Positions 39,939-49,456 of a stretch of DNA of 64,000 bases are shown here, piece after piece (position 1 is the first letter of the stretch; the number at the start of each line of letters is the position of its first letter). The translations under genes were made by a program, and so were the position numbers. The DNA comes from Streptosporangiaceae bacterium. Lineage in GTDB: Bacteria > Actinomycetota > Actinomycetes > Streptosporangiales > Streptosporangiaceae. Below the pieces are notes generated by a model. It was not told the origin of the DNA. It did no database searches and saw only the letters and a program-made list of their open reading frames with translations. Location of the stretch: NCBI GenBank assembly GCA_036501025.1, contig DASYBB010000096.1, forward strand, positions 3,645-67,644. Reading direction: 5' to 3'.

Positions 39939-41002
39939 TCTCCCTGAAGGCCCGGCCCGCGTCCCGCGCCGGAATCCCGCGGCTGCCCCTGGCCCTGAGC
40001 GTGCTCGCCGCGGGCGCGCTCGCGGCGGCCTGCTCGTCCGGTTCCGGCGGGAGCGCCGCGGCAAGCGGGCGGGCTTCAGCGGGCGCGTCCGGGCCGGTGA
40101 GCACGGCAAGCCTGAAGAACGTGACGCTGCACATCGGCGACCAGGCCGGCTCCGGCGCTCAGTCGCTGCTCACCGCGGCCGGCCTGATCGGCAAGCTGCC
40201 GTTCAAGGCGGACTGGTCGGACTTCACCTCGGGGCCGCCCATGCTGCAGGCCATGGGGGCCGGCTCGGTCGACATCGGCGCGGTCGGCGACGCGCCGCCG
40301 ATCTTCGAGGCGGCCGGCGGCGGGAAGATCGCGGCCGTCGCGGCCACGGTCTCCGACCCGCGGGGCGCCGCACTGCTGCTGCCGAAGGGCTCGACGGTGA
40401 CCTCCGTCGCGCAGCTCAAGGGCAAGACGATCGCCGTGTCCGAGGGCAGTTCGGCCAACTACCACCTGCTGGCGGTGCTCAAGCAGGCCGGGCTGACGGT
40501 CAAGGACGTCACGATCGACAACCTCCAGCCCGCCCAGGCGCTGGCCGCGTTCGCGTCGGGGCACGTCGCGGCGTGGGACATCTGGAGCCCCTACATCGAG
40601 CAGGCAGAGGCCCAGCACGGCGCCCGGGTCCTGGTCAACGGCACCCCGATCGGCAAGACTTTCTCGTTCGAGGTCGCGTCCCGGGCGGCGCTCGCCGACC
40701 CGGCCAGGGCCGCCGCCATCCGCGCCTACCTGCAGCTGATCGCGCAGGCCCACGCCTGGGCCAACACCCACCCGTCGGCGTGGGCCGCGACCTGGTCGGA
40801 GGCCACGGGGCTGCCGCCGTCCGTCATGACGGACGCGGCCGCCGATGACACGTCCGTGACCGTCCCGATCACCGCCGCCGTCATCGGGTCCGAGCAGTCG
40901 ATCGCCGACGCGTTCACCGCCGCGGGCCTGATCCCCGGCCACGTCGATTTCGCCCACTACGCCGTCACCACCTTCAACGCCACCGCCGGAGCATCCTCAT
41001 GA
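39935..41002 (+). CDS. ssuA: Sulfonate-type ABC substrate-binding lipoprotein
   Basis: Signal peptide with lipobox AAAC. NMT1/SsuA-like body: LHIGDQAGSGAQSLL...DIGAVGDAPPIFEAAGG. Confidence 0.85.
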   Translation: MISLKARPASRAGIPRLPLALSVLAAGALAAACSSGSGGSAAASGRASAGASGPVSTASLKNVTLHIGDQAGSGAQSLLTAAGLIGKLPFKADWSDFTSGPPMLQAMGAGSVDIGAVGDAPPIFEAAGGGKIAAVAATVSDPRGAALLLPKGSTVTSVAQLKGKTIAVSEGSSANYHLLAVLKQAGLTVKDVTIDNLQPAQALAAFASGHVAAWDIWSPYIEQAEAQHGARVLVNGTPIGKTFSFEVASRAALADPARAAAIRAYLQLIAQAHAWANTHPSAWAATWSEATGLPPSVMTDAAADDTSVTVPITAAVIGSEQSIADAFTAAGLIPGHVDFAHYAVTTFNATAGASS

Positions 41003-42189
41003 GCCTGGTCTTCCACTGGTTCCTGCCCACCTCGGGCGACGGCCGCGCGATCGTCGGCCGCGGCCACAGCGTCCCCCTGATCGGCGCGCCGGCCGGTCCG
41101 GGCGGCCGGGCCGCCGGCGCCTGGTCGGCGGCCCGCCCGCCGGACATCGAGTACCTGGCCCAGATCGCCCGGGCGGCCGAGCAGCTCGGCTTCACCGGCG
41201 TCCTGACGCCGACCGGCACCTGGTGCGAGGACGCCTGGCTGGTGACCGCCGCGCTGATCCGCGAGACCGAGCGGCTCAAGTACCTGGTCGCCTTCCGGCC
41301 GGGGCTGACGGCGCCGACCCTGGCCGCCCAGATGGCCGCGACCTACCAGCGGATCTCGGGCGGGCGGCTGCTGCTGAACGTGGTGACCGGGGGAGAGGCG
41401 GCCGAGCAGCTGCGGTTCGGCGACCACCTGCCGCACGACGAGCGGTACGCCCGGACCGGGGAGTTCCTCGACGTCATCCGCGGCGCCTGGAGCGGCACCC
41501 CCTACGACTTCGACGGCACCTACTACCAGGTCGCCGGGGCGACGGTGATGAGCCCGCCGGAGCCGGCGCCGCAGGTCTACTTCGGCGGCTCGTCGGCGGC
41601 GGCCGGCCCGGTCGCGGCCCGGCACGTCGACGTGTACCTGACCTGGGGCGAGCCGCCCGTCCAGGTCGCCGAGAAGATCGCCTGGATGCGTCGCCTGGCC
41701 GCCGAGGCGGGCCGGACGCTGCGGTTCGGGATCCGGCTGCACGTGATCACCCGGGACACCGCCGGCGAGGCGTGGGCCGAGGCCGCCAAGATGCTGGACT
41801 CCCTCGACCCCGCCGACATCGAGGCGGCCCAGCGGGCGCTGGCCCGGTCCGAGTCGGTCGGCCAGCGCCGGATGCGCTCCCTGCACTCCGGGTACCGGGC
41901 CGGCGGCAGCGCCGCCGAGCTCGAGATCTCCCCGAACCTGTGGGCCGGGATCGGCCTGGTCCGGGGCGGCGCCGGCACCGCGCTGGTCGGCAGCCACCAG
42001 GACGTCGCCGACCGGATCGAGGAGTACGCCGCCCTCGGGATCGAGGAGTTCATCTTCTCCGGCTACCCGCACCTGGAAGAGGCCTACTGGTTCGGCGAGG
42101 GCGTCCTGCCCGAGCTGCGCCGCCGCGCCGCCGCCGCGGCCGGATCGGCGGGTGACCCCACGGGCCTGCTCGCGGCCTCGACCGCCTGA
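40999..42189 (+). CDS. ssuD: FMNH2-dependent alkanesulfonate monooxygenase (LLM class)
   Basis: MSLVFHWFLPTSGDGR..., GFTGVLTPTGTWCEDAWLVTAALIRETERLKYLVAFRPG..., RLLLNVVTGGE..., SPNLWAGIGLVRGGAGTALVGS..., IEEFIFSGYPHLEEAYWFGEGVLP. Confidence 0.9.
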   Translation: MSLVFHWFLPTSGDGRAIVGRGHSVPLIGAPAGPGGRAAGAWSAARPPDIEYLAQIARAAEQLGFTGVLTPTGTWCEDAWLVTAALIRETERLKYLVAFRPGLTAPTLAAQMAATYQRISGGRLLLNVVTGGEAAEQLRFGDHLPHDERYARTGEFLDVIRGAWSGTPYDFDGTYYQVAGATVMSPPEPAPQVYFGGSSAAAGPVAARHVDVYLTWGEPPVQVAEKIAWMRRLAAEAGRTLRFGIRLHVITRDTAGEAWAEAAKMLDSLDPADIEAAQRALARSESVGQRRMRSLHSGYRAGGSAAELEISPNLWAGIGLVRGGAGTALVGSHQDVADRIEEYAALGIEEFIFSGYPHLEEAYWFGEGVLPELRRRAAAAAGSAGDPTGLLAASTA

Positions 42190-42229
42190 GCGACGCCGCT
42201 CCCGGGCCCGGGTCCCGGCCAGGCACCGC

Positions 42230-43077
42230 CCGGCTCGGTGAAGTGGGTCACCGGCTGGCCCGCCAGGGCACGCTGCATGCTCTGCTCCCCGTACGGGACG
42301 GTGAAGGGGCCGTGCTGGCCGGTCGGGTCGCCGGACGGGGCGGCCGGGTCGCCGTACCCGACCACCGCCGACAGCTGCGGCGTGTACCCGGCGAACAGGG
42401 CCATGGCCTCGTGGTCCGTCGTACCGGTCTTCCCGGCCGCCTCCCGGCCCGGGATCCCGTCGCCGTAGGCCGTCCCCAGCGGCTGGGTGATGACGCCCCG
42501 GAGGATCCTCGTGCCCTGGCCGGCGATGTCGGCGCTGATCACCCGGTGGCGGTGCGCCGGCGGGACCGCGACGGGCGCGGCCCTGTCCCCGGCGGGCGTC
42601 GTTGTGCACCGCCCGCGGCCCGGGAACGCCGCCGTGGCAGTCGCGGAAGCCCGAGACGTCCATCACGAACGCCTCGATATCGAAGAGCGAGTTGTCACCG
42701 TAGCCGGATCCGCCGAACCATACCGCGTTCAGGTAATCGCCGATGATCTCTTTCTTGGCGCGGTGCTCCTCGATCCAGATCGCGAATTTCAGCTCGATTA
42801 TCTTGCGCTTCAGGCTCGGTGCGCCGGCCGCATCATAGGCTCGCCGCTGGACCAGGGCGGATGCGCCCTGGACCTGGGCGCGGCCGTGCCGGTCGTGCAC
42901 GAGGGCGCGCAGGGCCCCTGTCAGGTCCAGTGGCCCGCTGGTCCAGAACCGCGAGTCCGCGATGGCCACGATCGCGCTCTGCATCGGGGCGGAAACCTGC
43001 GCCAGCGGGACGTCCAGCCGGTCCTGGGTGAAGAACGTGCCCGGGACCGTGCCGTCACGGGCCACGATGGCCGGCCG
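42230..43077 (-). pseudogene. Heavily degraded class A penicillin-binding protein (transglycosylase and transpeptidase remnants in different frames)
   Basis: GT51-like stretch, nt about 42643-43077: DVPLAQVSAPMQSAIVAIADSRFW...SLKRKIIELKFAIWIEEHRAKKEIIGDYLNAVWFGGSGYG, with GGSTITQQ degenerate. Transpeptidase tail, nt about 42230-42542: AAGKTGTTDHEAMALFAGYTPQLSAVV. The roughly 400 aa expected between them are absent. Confidence 0.6.
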
Positions 43078-43143
43078 CTGGGGCAGTGCGGGTCCACCTC
43101 GCTCACTCCCTGGCCATCGGCTCGCGAACGGCAGGCGGCGGCC

Positions 43144-43350
43144 CCCGGTGACGCCTCGAGGTGGTCGTCCAAGACCGGCCCCGTGCTGAATCTCCGCCAT
43201 GAGGTGGGCGTGGTCGAGCACGACGACGGCGGCGCCTTCGCCGTTGCCGCGCTGACTGAGTCCAGCGTCCCGGCGGCCATCCAGCCGGCCGCCGAGGCCG
43301 TCCTGGCCCGGGTCGCCCGGGCGCTGCACGATGAACTCCGCGCCCGCTGA
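43144..43350 (+). pseudogene. C-terminal fragment of a class A beta-lactamase-like serine hydrolase
   Basis: ...SSKTGPVLNLRHEVGVVEHDDGGAFAVAALTESSVPAAIQPAAEAVLARVARALHDEL then stop. This is the KTG box plus the C-terminal helix only. No N-terminal SxxK region is present. Confidence 0.5.
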
Positions 43351-43546
43351 GAAACGGCAGCGCTTTCCCCGGCCCCGGCGCATAAGTCGTACTAATTCCG
43401 AAACGTGGTATTGCATGGGGGGAGGGACCCGGGTTCGGGGCAGGCAGGTAATGTGCATAGAGCGCACGCATGCCAGGAAATTATCCGGGCGTCGGCTCGT
43501 GTTAAAGAGCTATAGGGGGCGCGACGCCCCGGGGGGCGTAATTTAC

Positions 43547-45661
43547 GTGACAGGTATCGGGGAGCCAGGGGCGGACGTCGATCCTGGGCTCATGCTCGAC
43601 CAGGCCTTCACGCAGTCCGCTGTCTGCCTGGCCCTGTATGACGCCGATGGTCGCTACGTCCGGGTCAGCGATTCGCTGCGCCGCTCGAAGGGCCTGCCGA
43701 GCGAGTCGGCCGCGCTGGGCTTCCGGCCCTCGGAGCTATCGCCCGATCTCGGGCTGGCCGGGCTCGAGGTCACGGTCGAGCGGGTGCTGCGGACCGGCCA
43801 GGCGGCGGTCTGGAGGGGCTTCGGCAAGGTCCCCGGCGCGGATCGGGACCGGGCCTGGCTGGTGATCATCTCGCCCGTCCTGGGGACTGACGGGCAGGCC
43901 CGGGGGGCCATGTCGGTGACGTTCGACGTGACCGAGCACCGCCTGGCCCGCAAGCGGCTCGCGGTCGTGAACGAGGCCAGCTACCGGATCGGCACGACCC
44001 TGGATGTCACGCGGACCGCCGAGGAACTCGCCGAGGTGGCGGTCCCGGAACTGGCCGACCTGGCCCTCATCGACGTCCAGGACTCGGTGCTGGACGGCGG
44101 GGAGCCGGTATCGGAGGCGGTCCCCGGAGATGCCCCGCTGCGGCGCATGGCCTTTCAGTCCATCCTGGACGGCGCGCCCGAGGTCATCGGCCGGCACGGT
44201 GCTGTGACGGTCTACCCGCCCGGTTCCCCGGCCGCGCGGGCGCTGGCCGCCGACCGCCCGGTCCTCCAGGACCCGGCGGCGCCTGACCTCGCCCGGTGGG
44301 CGGCCCACAACCCGATGCGCGGCCGTTCCGCACGGGAGTTCGGATTTCACTCGGTCATGGCAGTCCCGCTGCGGGCGCGCGGCGCCACCTTCGGGGTCGC
44401 GGTGTTCGTGCGGCACCGGCGGGCCGAGGGGTTCGCGCCCGATGACCTGGCGCTCGCGGAGGAGATCGTCGCCCGCGCCGCCGTCTGCATCGACAATGCC
44501 CGCCGGTATACCCGCGAGCACGCGACCGCGCTGACGCTGCAGCACAGCCTGCTGCAGCGGCGCCAGCCCGACCAGACCGCGGTCCAGGTCGCCACCCGGT
44601 ACCTGCCGGGGCAGGCCGGCCTGGACGTGGGGGGTGACTGGCTGGACGTCATCGCGCTGCCCGGCAGCCGGGTCGGGCTGGTGGCCGGGGACGTCGCCGG
44701 GCACGGCATCCACGCGGCCGCGACCATGGGGCGGCTCCGGACGGCGGTGCGCACCCTGGCTGACCTCGACCTGGAGCCCGAGGAACTGCTGACCCGGCTC
44801 GACGACGTCGTGGCCCGGATGGGTGAGGAGTACGATTCGGCCTCCGGCGCCAGCGACCTCAGCGCCACGTGCCTGTTCGCGGTGTATGACCCCATCACCG
44901 AGCGCTGCACGCTGGCGCGGGCCGGCCATCCCGTCCCGGTGGTCATGACCCCCGGCGGCGAGCCCGAGCTCCTGGACCTGCCGGCCGGGCCGCCCCTGGG
45001 CGTGGGCGGCGTGCCGTTCGAGGAACGGGAGATCCAGCTGCCCCGGGGCAGCCTGCTGGTGATGTTCACCGACGGGGTGATCGAGTCCCGCGAGCGCGAC
45101 CTCGACGCCGGGCTCAAGGTCATGCGCCAGCTGCTGAGCGACCTGCACAGCCGGCCGGGCGGGCCGCCGCCCCTGGACCGGGTCTGCGGCGAGCTGATGG
45201 ATGCCCTGACCTCCGAGACGTCCACCGATGATGCCGCGGTGCTGGCCGCCCGGACCTGCGCCCTGCCGCCCGATCATGTTGCCTCGTGGGATCTGCCGGC
45301 CGACTCGGCGATCGTGTGCGAGGCCCGGGCCATGGCCGTGCGCCAGCTCGAGCGCTGGGAGCTGGAGGAGCTCTCGTTCACCACGGAGCTGCTGGTCAGC
45401 GAGCTGGTGACCAATGCCATCCGGCACGCGCACCCGCCCATCCAGCTGCGGATGATCCTGGATACCACGCTGACCTGCGAGGTGTCCGACGCCACCGTTG
45501 CCGCGCCGCGGCACCGGCGGGCGGGCCGCTATGACGAGGGCGGGCGCGGGCTGATGCTGGTGGCGCGGCTCGCCTCCCGCTGGGGCACGCGGTATACGCC
45601 GGACGGCAAGACCATCTGGGCCCAGCAGCGGCTGCCGCACGGCTCCGAACGGCAGTGCTGA
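43547..45661 (+). CDS. PAS-GAF-PP2C (SpoIIE) phosphatase fused to an RsbW-like HATPase domain
   Basis: PAS: LALYDADGRYVRVSDSL... GAF: ...FGFHSVMAVPLRARGATFGVAVFVR. PP2C: DVGGDWLDVIALPGSRVGLVAGDVAGHGIHAAATMG...FTDGVIESR. HATPase_c_2: SELVTNAIRHAHPPIQL...GGRGLMLVARLASRWGT. Start set to the GTG at 43547 because the upstream part of track ORF 43331 is AT-rich and looks non-coding. Confidence 0.9.
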   Translation: MTGIGEPGADVDPGLMLDQAFTQSAVCLALYDADGRYVRVSDSLRRSKGLPSESAALGFRPSELSPDLGLAGLEVTVERVLRTGQAAVWRGFGKVPGADRDRAWLVIISPVLGTDGQARGAMSVTFDVTEHRLARKRLAVVNEASYRIGTTLDVTRTAEELAEVAVPELADLALIDVQDSVLDGGEPVSEAVPGDAPLRRMAFQSILDGAPEVIGRHGAVTVYPPGSPAARALAADRPVLQDPAAPDLARWAAHNPMRGRSAREFGFHSVMAVPLRARGATFGVAVFVRHRRAEGFAPDDLALAEEIVARAAVCIDNARRYTREHATALTLQHSLLQRRQPDQTAVQVATRYLPGQAGLDVGGDWLDVIALPGSRVGLVAGDVAGHGIHAAATMGRLRTAVRTLADLDLEPEELLTRLDDVVARMGEEYDSASGASDLSATCLFAVYDPITERCTLARAGHPVPVVMTPGGEPELLDLPAGPPLGVGGVPFEEREIQLPRGSLLVMFTDGVIESRERDLDAGLKVMRQLLSDLHSRPGGPPPLDRVCGELMDALTSETSTDDAAVLAARTCALPPDHVASWDLPADSAIVCEARAMAVRQLERWELEELSFTTELLVSELVTNAIRHAHPPIQLRMILDTTLTCEVSDATVAAPRHRRAGRYDEGGRGLMLVARLASRWGTRYTPDGKTIWAQQRLPHGSERQC

Positions 45662-45771
45662 CCGCGGCCTGCGCAGCACAGCCGGGGGGCGGGCCGGGAG
45701 GGCCTCAGGATCACGGCGCCTATCCGGCTAATCACCTGAAGTAGCGAGTCGATCACATTTAGTGTTGACGT

Positions 45772-46470
45772 ATGACGCCGCCGCCCCCGACTCCGTCCGG
45801 ACGGCAGCCCGGTGCTGCCTATCGCCCGCCTGAACCGCCGCCGGTCCCGCCGAGACCCCGGCAGCCCGTGCTGGTGCCCGCCCGGCCGCCCTCGTCGCGA
45901 CCGCCCCGCCGGCCGAGGATGGGCCCGCTGGCCTGGGCGGGCATCGGCAGCGGCCTGGCCGTCGTGCTCGCCGTGACCTGGTCGGCGACCGGCGGCCTGA
46001 TGGCAGGCTCGCCGGGCGCCGCCACCGCCGGCGCCGCGCCCGCCGGCCGCCTGCCGTCCGCGCTCCGGCCGGCCGCCGCCTCCCACGTGACCCCGGACGG
46101 CGACTTAGCGTTCCGGGTCGCCCGCCTGGCCTGCGGCTACTCCGCCACGCTGGCCGTGTACAGCGACCCGGCGGTGACCGGCGCCCAGCCCGTGGGTACC
46201 ACGGAGTGCATCCTCACGCTGCGCGTCACCAACCTCCGGCACCAGCCCCAGGCGTTCTTCGACTGGGGCCAGGACGCCTACGACCCGCATGGCCGCCAGC
46301 TCAAGGCCGACCCCGACAACGCCGACCTGGCCGGCGACAAGGACGGGACCCGGCTCCGCCCCGGCGCCTCGATCACGGCCCTGGTGCCGTTCAACATCCC
46401 GGCGGGCGACGCGATTACCCGCCTGGAGCTGCACGATTCCGCGCTGTCCGGCGTGACCGTCAGGCTCTGA
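45772..46470 (+). CDS. Membrane-anchored DUF4352-like protein with Pro-rich N-terminus
   Basis: Pro-rich cytoplasmic tail, one TM helix (WAGIGSGLAVVLAVTW), then a beta-sandwich-like region: ECILTLRVTNLRHQPQAFFDWGQDAYDPHGRQL...ITALVPFNIPAGD. Confidence 0.65.
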   Translation: MTPPPPTPSGRQPGAAYRPPEPPPVPPRPRQPVLVPARPPSSRPPRRPRMGPLAWAGIGSGLAVVLAVTWSATGGLMAGSPGAATAGAAPAGRLPSALRPAAASHVTPDGDLAFRVARLACGYSATLAVYSDPAVTGAQPVGTTECILTLRVTNLRHQPQAFFDWGQDAYDPHGRQLKADPDNADLAGDKDGTRLRPGASITALVPFNIPAGDAITRLELHDSALSGVTVRL

Positions 46471-46503
46471 GCCGGGCGAAAGGACGGGCCGGCCGGGCGC
46501 GCC

Positions 46504-47487
46504 TCAGCCGCCCGTCTTGCCCGTCGCCAGGTGATCCAGCAGCCGGGCGCACGCGTGCACGGCGGCGATGTGCGGGACGGCGACGCCGGTCCGCCCGGCC
46601 AGCTCCACGATCGCCCCGGTCATGCAGTCCAGCTCCAGCGGCTTGCCCGCCTCCAGGTCCTGCAGCATCGAGGTCCGGTGGTCGCCGACGGCCAGCCCGG
46701 CCTCCAGCCGCCGGTCGAGGGAGACCGGGAACTCGACGCCCAGCCGGTCCGCCACCGCCGCGCACTCGGCGAAGATCTCCCGCAGCAGGCTCACCATCTC
46801 GGGCAGCGTGCCGAGCTCCCCGAGCGTGGCCCCGGTCAGGGCGGTGATCGGGTTGAACGCCACGTTCCCGACGAGCTTGAGCCAGATCTGGTCGCGCAGC
46901 CGGGGCTCCACCGGGGCCCGCAGGCCGCCCGCCGCGAACGCCGCCGAGATCTCCCGGCAGCGCTCGGTGGCCGAGCCGTCCGGCTCGCCGATCGTGAAGC
47001 GCGTGCCCTCGATGTGCCGGATGACGCCGGGCGCGGTGATCTCGGTCGAGCAGTAGACGACGCAGCCGACGTTGTGCTCGGGCCTGATCGCGCGGGCGAT
47101 CCTGCCGCCGGGGTCCACGCTCTCCAGGCCGGCCTCGCCTGCCCGGCCGGGCAGCCCCTGGAAGTACCACCACGGGATCCCGTTCTGGGCCCAGATCACC
47201 GCGGCGCCGGGGGCCAGGAACTCGCCCAGGCGCGGCGCCGCCTCCGGCAGGCTGTAGGCCTTGAGCGCCACCAGCACCACGTCCGCGTCGGCCAGCGCGG
47301 CCCAGTCGTCGGTGGCGTCCGGCCGGGCGGTGAAGTCACCCCGGCGCGACTGCACCCGGACGCCGTCGCGCTGCATGGCCGCCAGGTGCGCGCCCCGGGC
47401 GATCAGCGTGACGTCGGAGCCGCCCCGGGCCAGGCACGCCCCGGCGTAGGCGCCGATCGCCCCGGCGCCGAGAATCGCGATCCTCAT
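46504..47487 (-). CDS. 2-dehydropantoate 2-reductase family (ApbA/PanE-like) oxidoreductase
   Basis: MRIAILGAGAIGAYAG (Rossmann fold) ...SMLQDLEAGKPLELD. The ATG overlaps the stop of the upstream CoA ligase (ATGA). Confidence 0.9.
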   Translation of the reverse strand: MRIAILGAGAIGAYAGACLARGGSDVTLIARGAHLAAMQRDGVRVQSRRGDFTARPDATDDWAALADADVVLVALKAYSLPEAAPRLGEFLAPGAAVIWAQNGIPWWYFQGLPGRAGEAGLESVDPGGRIARAIRPEHNVGCVVYCSTEITAPGVIRHIEGTRFTIGEPDGSATERCREISAAFAAGGLRAPVEPRLRDQIWLKLVGNVAFNPITALTGATLGELGTLPEMVSLLREIFAECAAVADRLGVEFPVSLDRRLEAGLAVGDHRTSMLQDLEAGKPLELDCMTGAIVELAGRTGVAVPHIAAVHACARLLDHLATGKTGG

Positions 47488-49019
47488 CCGGCCGCCTGGG
47501 TGCCCACGATGTGCTCGCCCACCCGGCGCCGCTGCACCTTGCCGGTGGCCGTGCGCGGGATCTCCGGCAGCACGTAGATGGCGGTCGGCACCTTGAACGC
47601 CGCCAGCCGCTCGCGGCAGTGCCCGGTCAGGTCGGCGACGGGCACGTCCTGGCTGAGCGTCACCGCGGCCGCGGGCACCTCGCCGTACCGGGCGTCGCTG
47701 ACCCCGAAGCAGACCGCGTCGGCGACGGCGGGGTGGGCGAGCAGCGCCTGCTCGATCTCGGCGGGGGAGATGTTCTCCCCGCCGCGCAGGATCATCTCCT
47801 TCAGCCGCCCCTCCAGGTACAGGTAGCCGTCGCGGACCGCGCCGCGGTCCCCGGTCCGGAACCACCCCTCGACGAACGCGCCCTCGTTGGCCGCCGGGTT
47901 GCTCAGGTACCCCGACATCACGCCCGGGCCGCGGATGACGACCTCCCCGGACTCCCCGGCGGCGAGGAACCGGCCCGCGGCGTCGATGACGGCGATCTCG
48001 GCGCCGGCCGGCACCCCGACCGATCCCGGCACCCGGGCCGCGGGCGGCAGCGGGTTCGAGGTCATCTGGTGGCTGGCCTCGGTCATCCCGTAGGCCTCCA
48101 GCACGGGCACGCCGTAGCCGGCCTCCGCCCGCTCCAGCACGGCGGGGGTCAGCGGCGAGCTGCACGACCGCGCGAACCGCAGGCTGGCCGGCGCCCCGTC
48201 AGCGTCGGCCCGGTCCAGGATCATCTGGTGCAGCGTCGGCCCGGCCGACAGCCAGGTGGCGCCGTGCTCGCGGGCCTGGGGCCAGAACCGGTGCGCGGTG
48301 AACCGGCGCGGCGCGATGACCGTGCCGCCCGCCCCCATGGCCGCGAAGGCCGAGGCGACCAGGCCGTGGATGTGGAACAGCGGCATGACGCAGAAGGACA
48401 CGTCGTCCGCGCCGAGCTGGTAGTGCCGGGCGATCGTGCGCGCGGAGGCCATCAGGTTGCGCTGCCGCAGCGGGACCTGCTTGGGGCGGCTGGTGGTGCC
48501 GCTGGTGTGCAGGACCAGGGCGATGTCGCCGGGCTCGCCGGGCTCGTAGGACGCCGCGGCGCCCGCCGGCCTGCCGCCGGTGAGCAGCTCCGGCTGCCCG
48601 CCCGCGCCCGCGGCCAGCTCGATCAGCGGGACCGATGCGGTGCCCGCGGCGGTGACCGCGGCCCGCGGCGCGCCCGCGGCCGGCACCAGCAGCAGCCGCG
48701 GCGCGATGTCCTCCAGGTAGAACGCGAACTCGGTCTCGGTGTAGGCCGGGTTCAGCGGGGCGGCCGCCGCGCCCAGCAGCGTCACGGCCAGGATGATCTG
48801 GACGAACTCCGGCCCGTTCGGGAGCGTGAGGGCGACCCGGTCGCCGCGCCGCACGCCGGCCCCGGCCAGCCCGCGGGCCAGCGCCTCGACGCGGTCCGCC
48901 AGCTGGGCGTAGCTGATCGTGACGCCGTCCTCGGGCGTCACGAAGGCCGCCGCCGGGCCCGACCCGGTCTCCAGCAGCCCGCTCAGCCGCTCGCCCGCCT
49001 GACCGTTTCCTGCGTCCAT
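47484..49019 (-). CDS. AMP-dependent acyl-CoA synthetase/ligase (Pcs60/AAE3-like by motif pattern)
   Basis: LVLHTSGTTSRPK, MPLFHIHGL, EAYGMTE, WFRTGD, PRTATGKVQRR. Confidence 0.95.
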   Translation of the reverse strand: MDAGNGQAGERLSGLLETGSGPAAAFVTPEDGVTISYAQLADRVEALARGLAGAGVRRGDRVALTLPNGPEFVQIILAVTLLGAAAAPLNPAYTETEFAFYLEDIAPRLLLVPAAGAPRAAVTAAGTASVPLIELAAGAGGQPELLTGGRPAGAAASYEPGEPGDIALVLHTSGTTSRPKQVPLRQRNLMASARTIARHYQLGADDVSFCVMPLFHIHGLVASAFAAMGAGGTVIAPRRFTAHRFWPQAREHGATWLSAGPTLHQMILDRADADGAPASLRFARSCSSPLTPAVLERAEAGYGVPVLEAYGMTEASHQMTSNPLPPAARVPGSVGVPAGAEIAVIDAAGRFLAAGESGEVVIRGPGVMSGYLSNPAANEGAFVEGWFRTGDRGAVRDGYLYLEGRLKEMILRGGENISPAEIEQALLAHPAVADAVCFGVSDARYGEVPAAAVTLSQDVPVADLTGHCRERLAAFKVPTAIYVLPEIPRTATGKVQRRRVGEHIVGTQAAG

Positions 49020-49133
49020 GGATCACCCTCTCATCGCCTGCCTGAATTATCCGGCTTGCCCGCGGCGCGCCGCTAGGCGGCCGGCCCGGCGAGAGGATCC
49101 TGGCCCGGCGGCCCGCCCGGCCCGGGCCGGGCG

Positions 49134-49409
49134 TCACCGGGGCCGGGCGCCCGCCGCGCGCGGGGTCCAGGCCGGGTGGGCCGCCTTCCGCCGCGCGACC
49201 GCGGCCTGCCCGCTCGCCGTCAGCCGGTACGCGCGCCCGCTCCGGCTGACCAGGCCGCGCCGGGCGAGGCCGGCCAGGATGTCGCTGACTGCGCGCGGGC
49301 TGGCCAGCATGCCGTTGCCGTCCAGCGCCGACATCACCTCGCCCACGGTTGCGGTCCTGGCGACCAGGGCATCCAGCACGGCGTTCTCGCGGGCACTGTG
49401 CAGGCTCAT
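49134..49409 (-). CDS. Small (91-aa) putative winged-helix DNA-binding protein
   Basis: ENAVLDALVARTATVGEVMSALDG...VSDILAGLARRGLVSRSGRAYRLT resembles a wHTH. High GC3. Confidence 0.5.
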   Translation of the reverse strand: MSLHSARENAVLDALVARTATVGEVMSALDGNGMLASPRAVSDILAGLARRGLVSRSGRAYRLTASGQAAVARRKAAHPAWTPRAAGARPR

Positions 49410-49456
49410 CCGGTGCGGCTACCCGCACCGGGCCGATCATGCGCGGGCCCGGCGCG

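Noticed and set aside
40957-43467. 836-aa minus-strand ORF
   Set aside because: Most of it is antisense to ssuD and is low complexity. Only the segment at about 42643-43077 carries real homology (GT51 remnant), and that is reported separately as a pseudogene.
43736-45679. 647-aa minus-strand ORF
   Set aside because: Antisense to the PAS-GAF-PP2C-HATPase gene. Arg/Gly/Pro-rich with no motifs.
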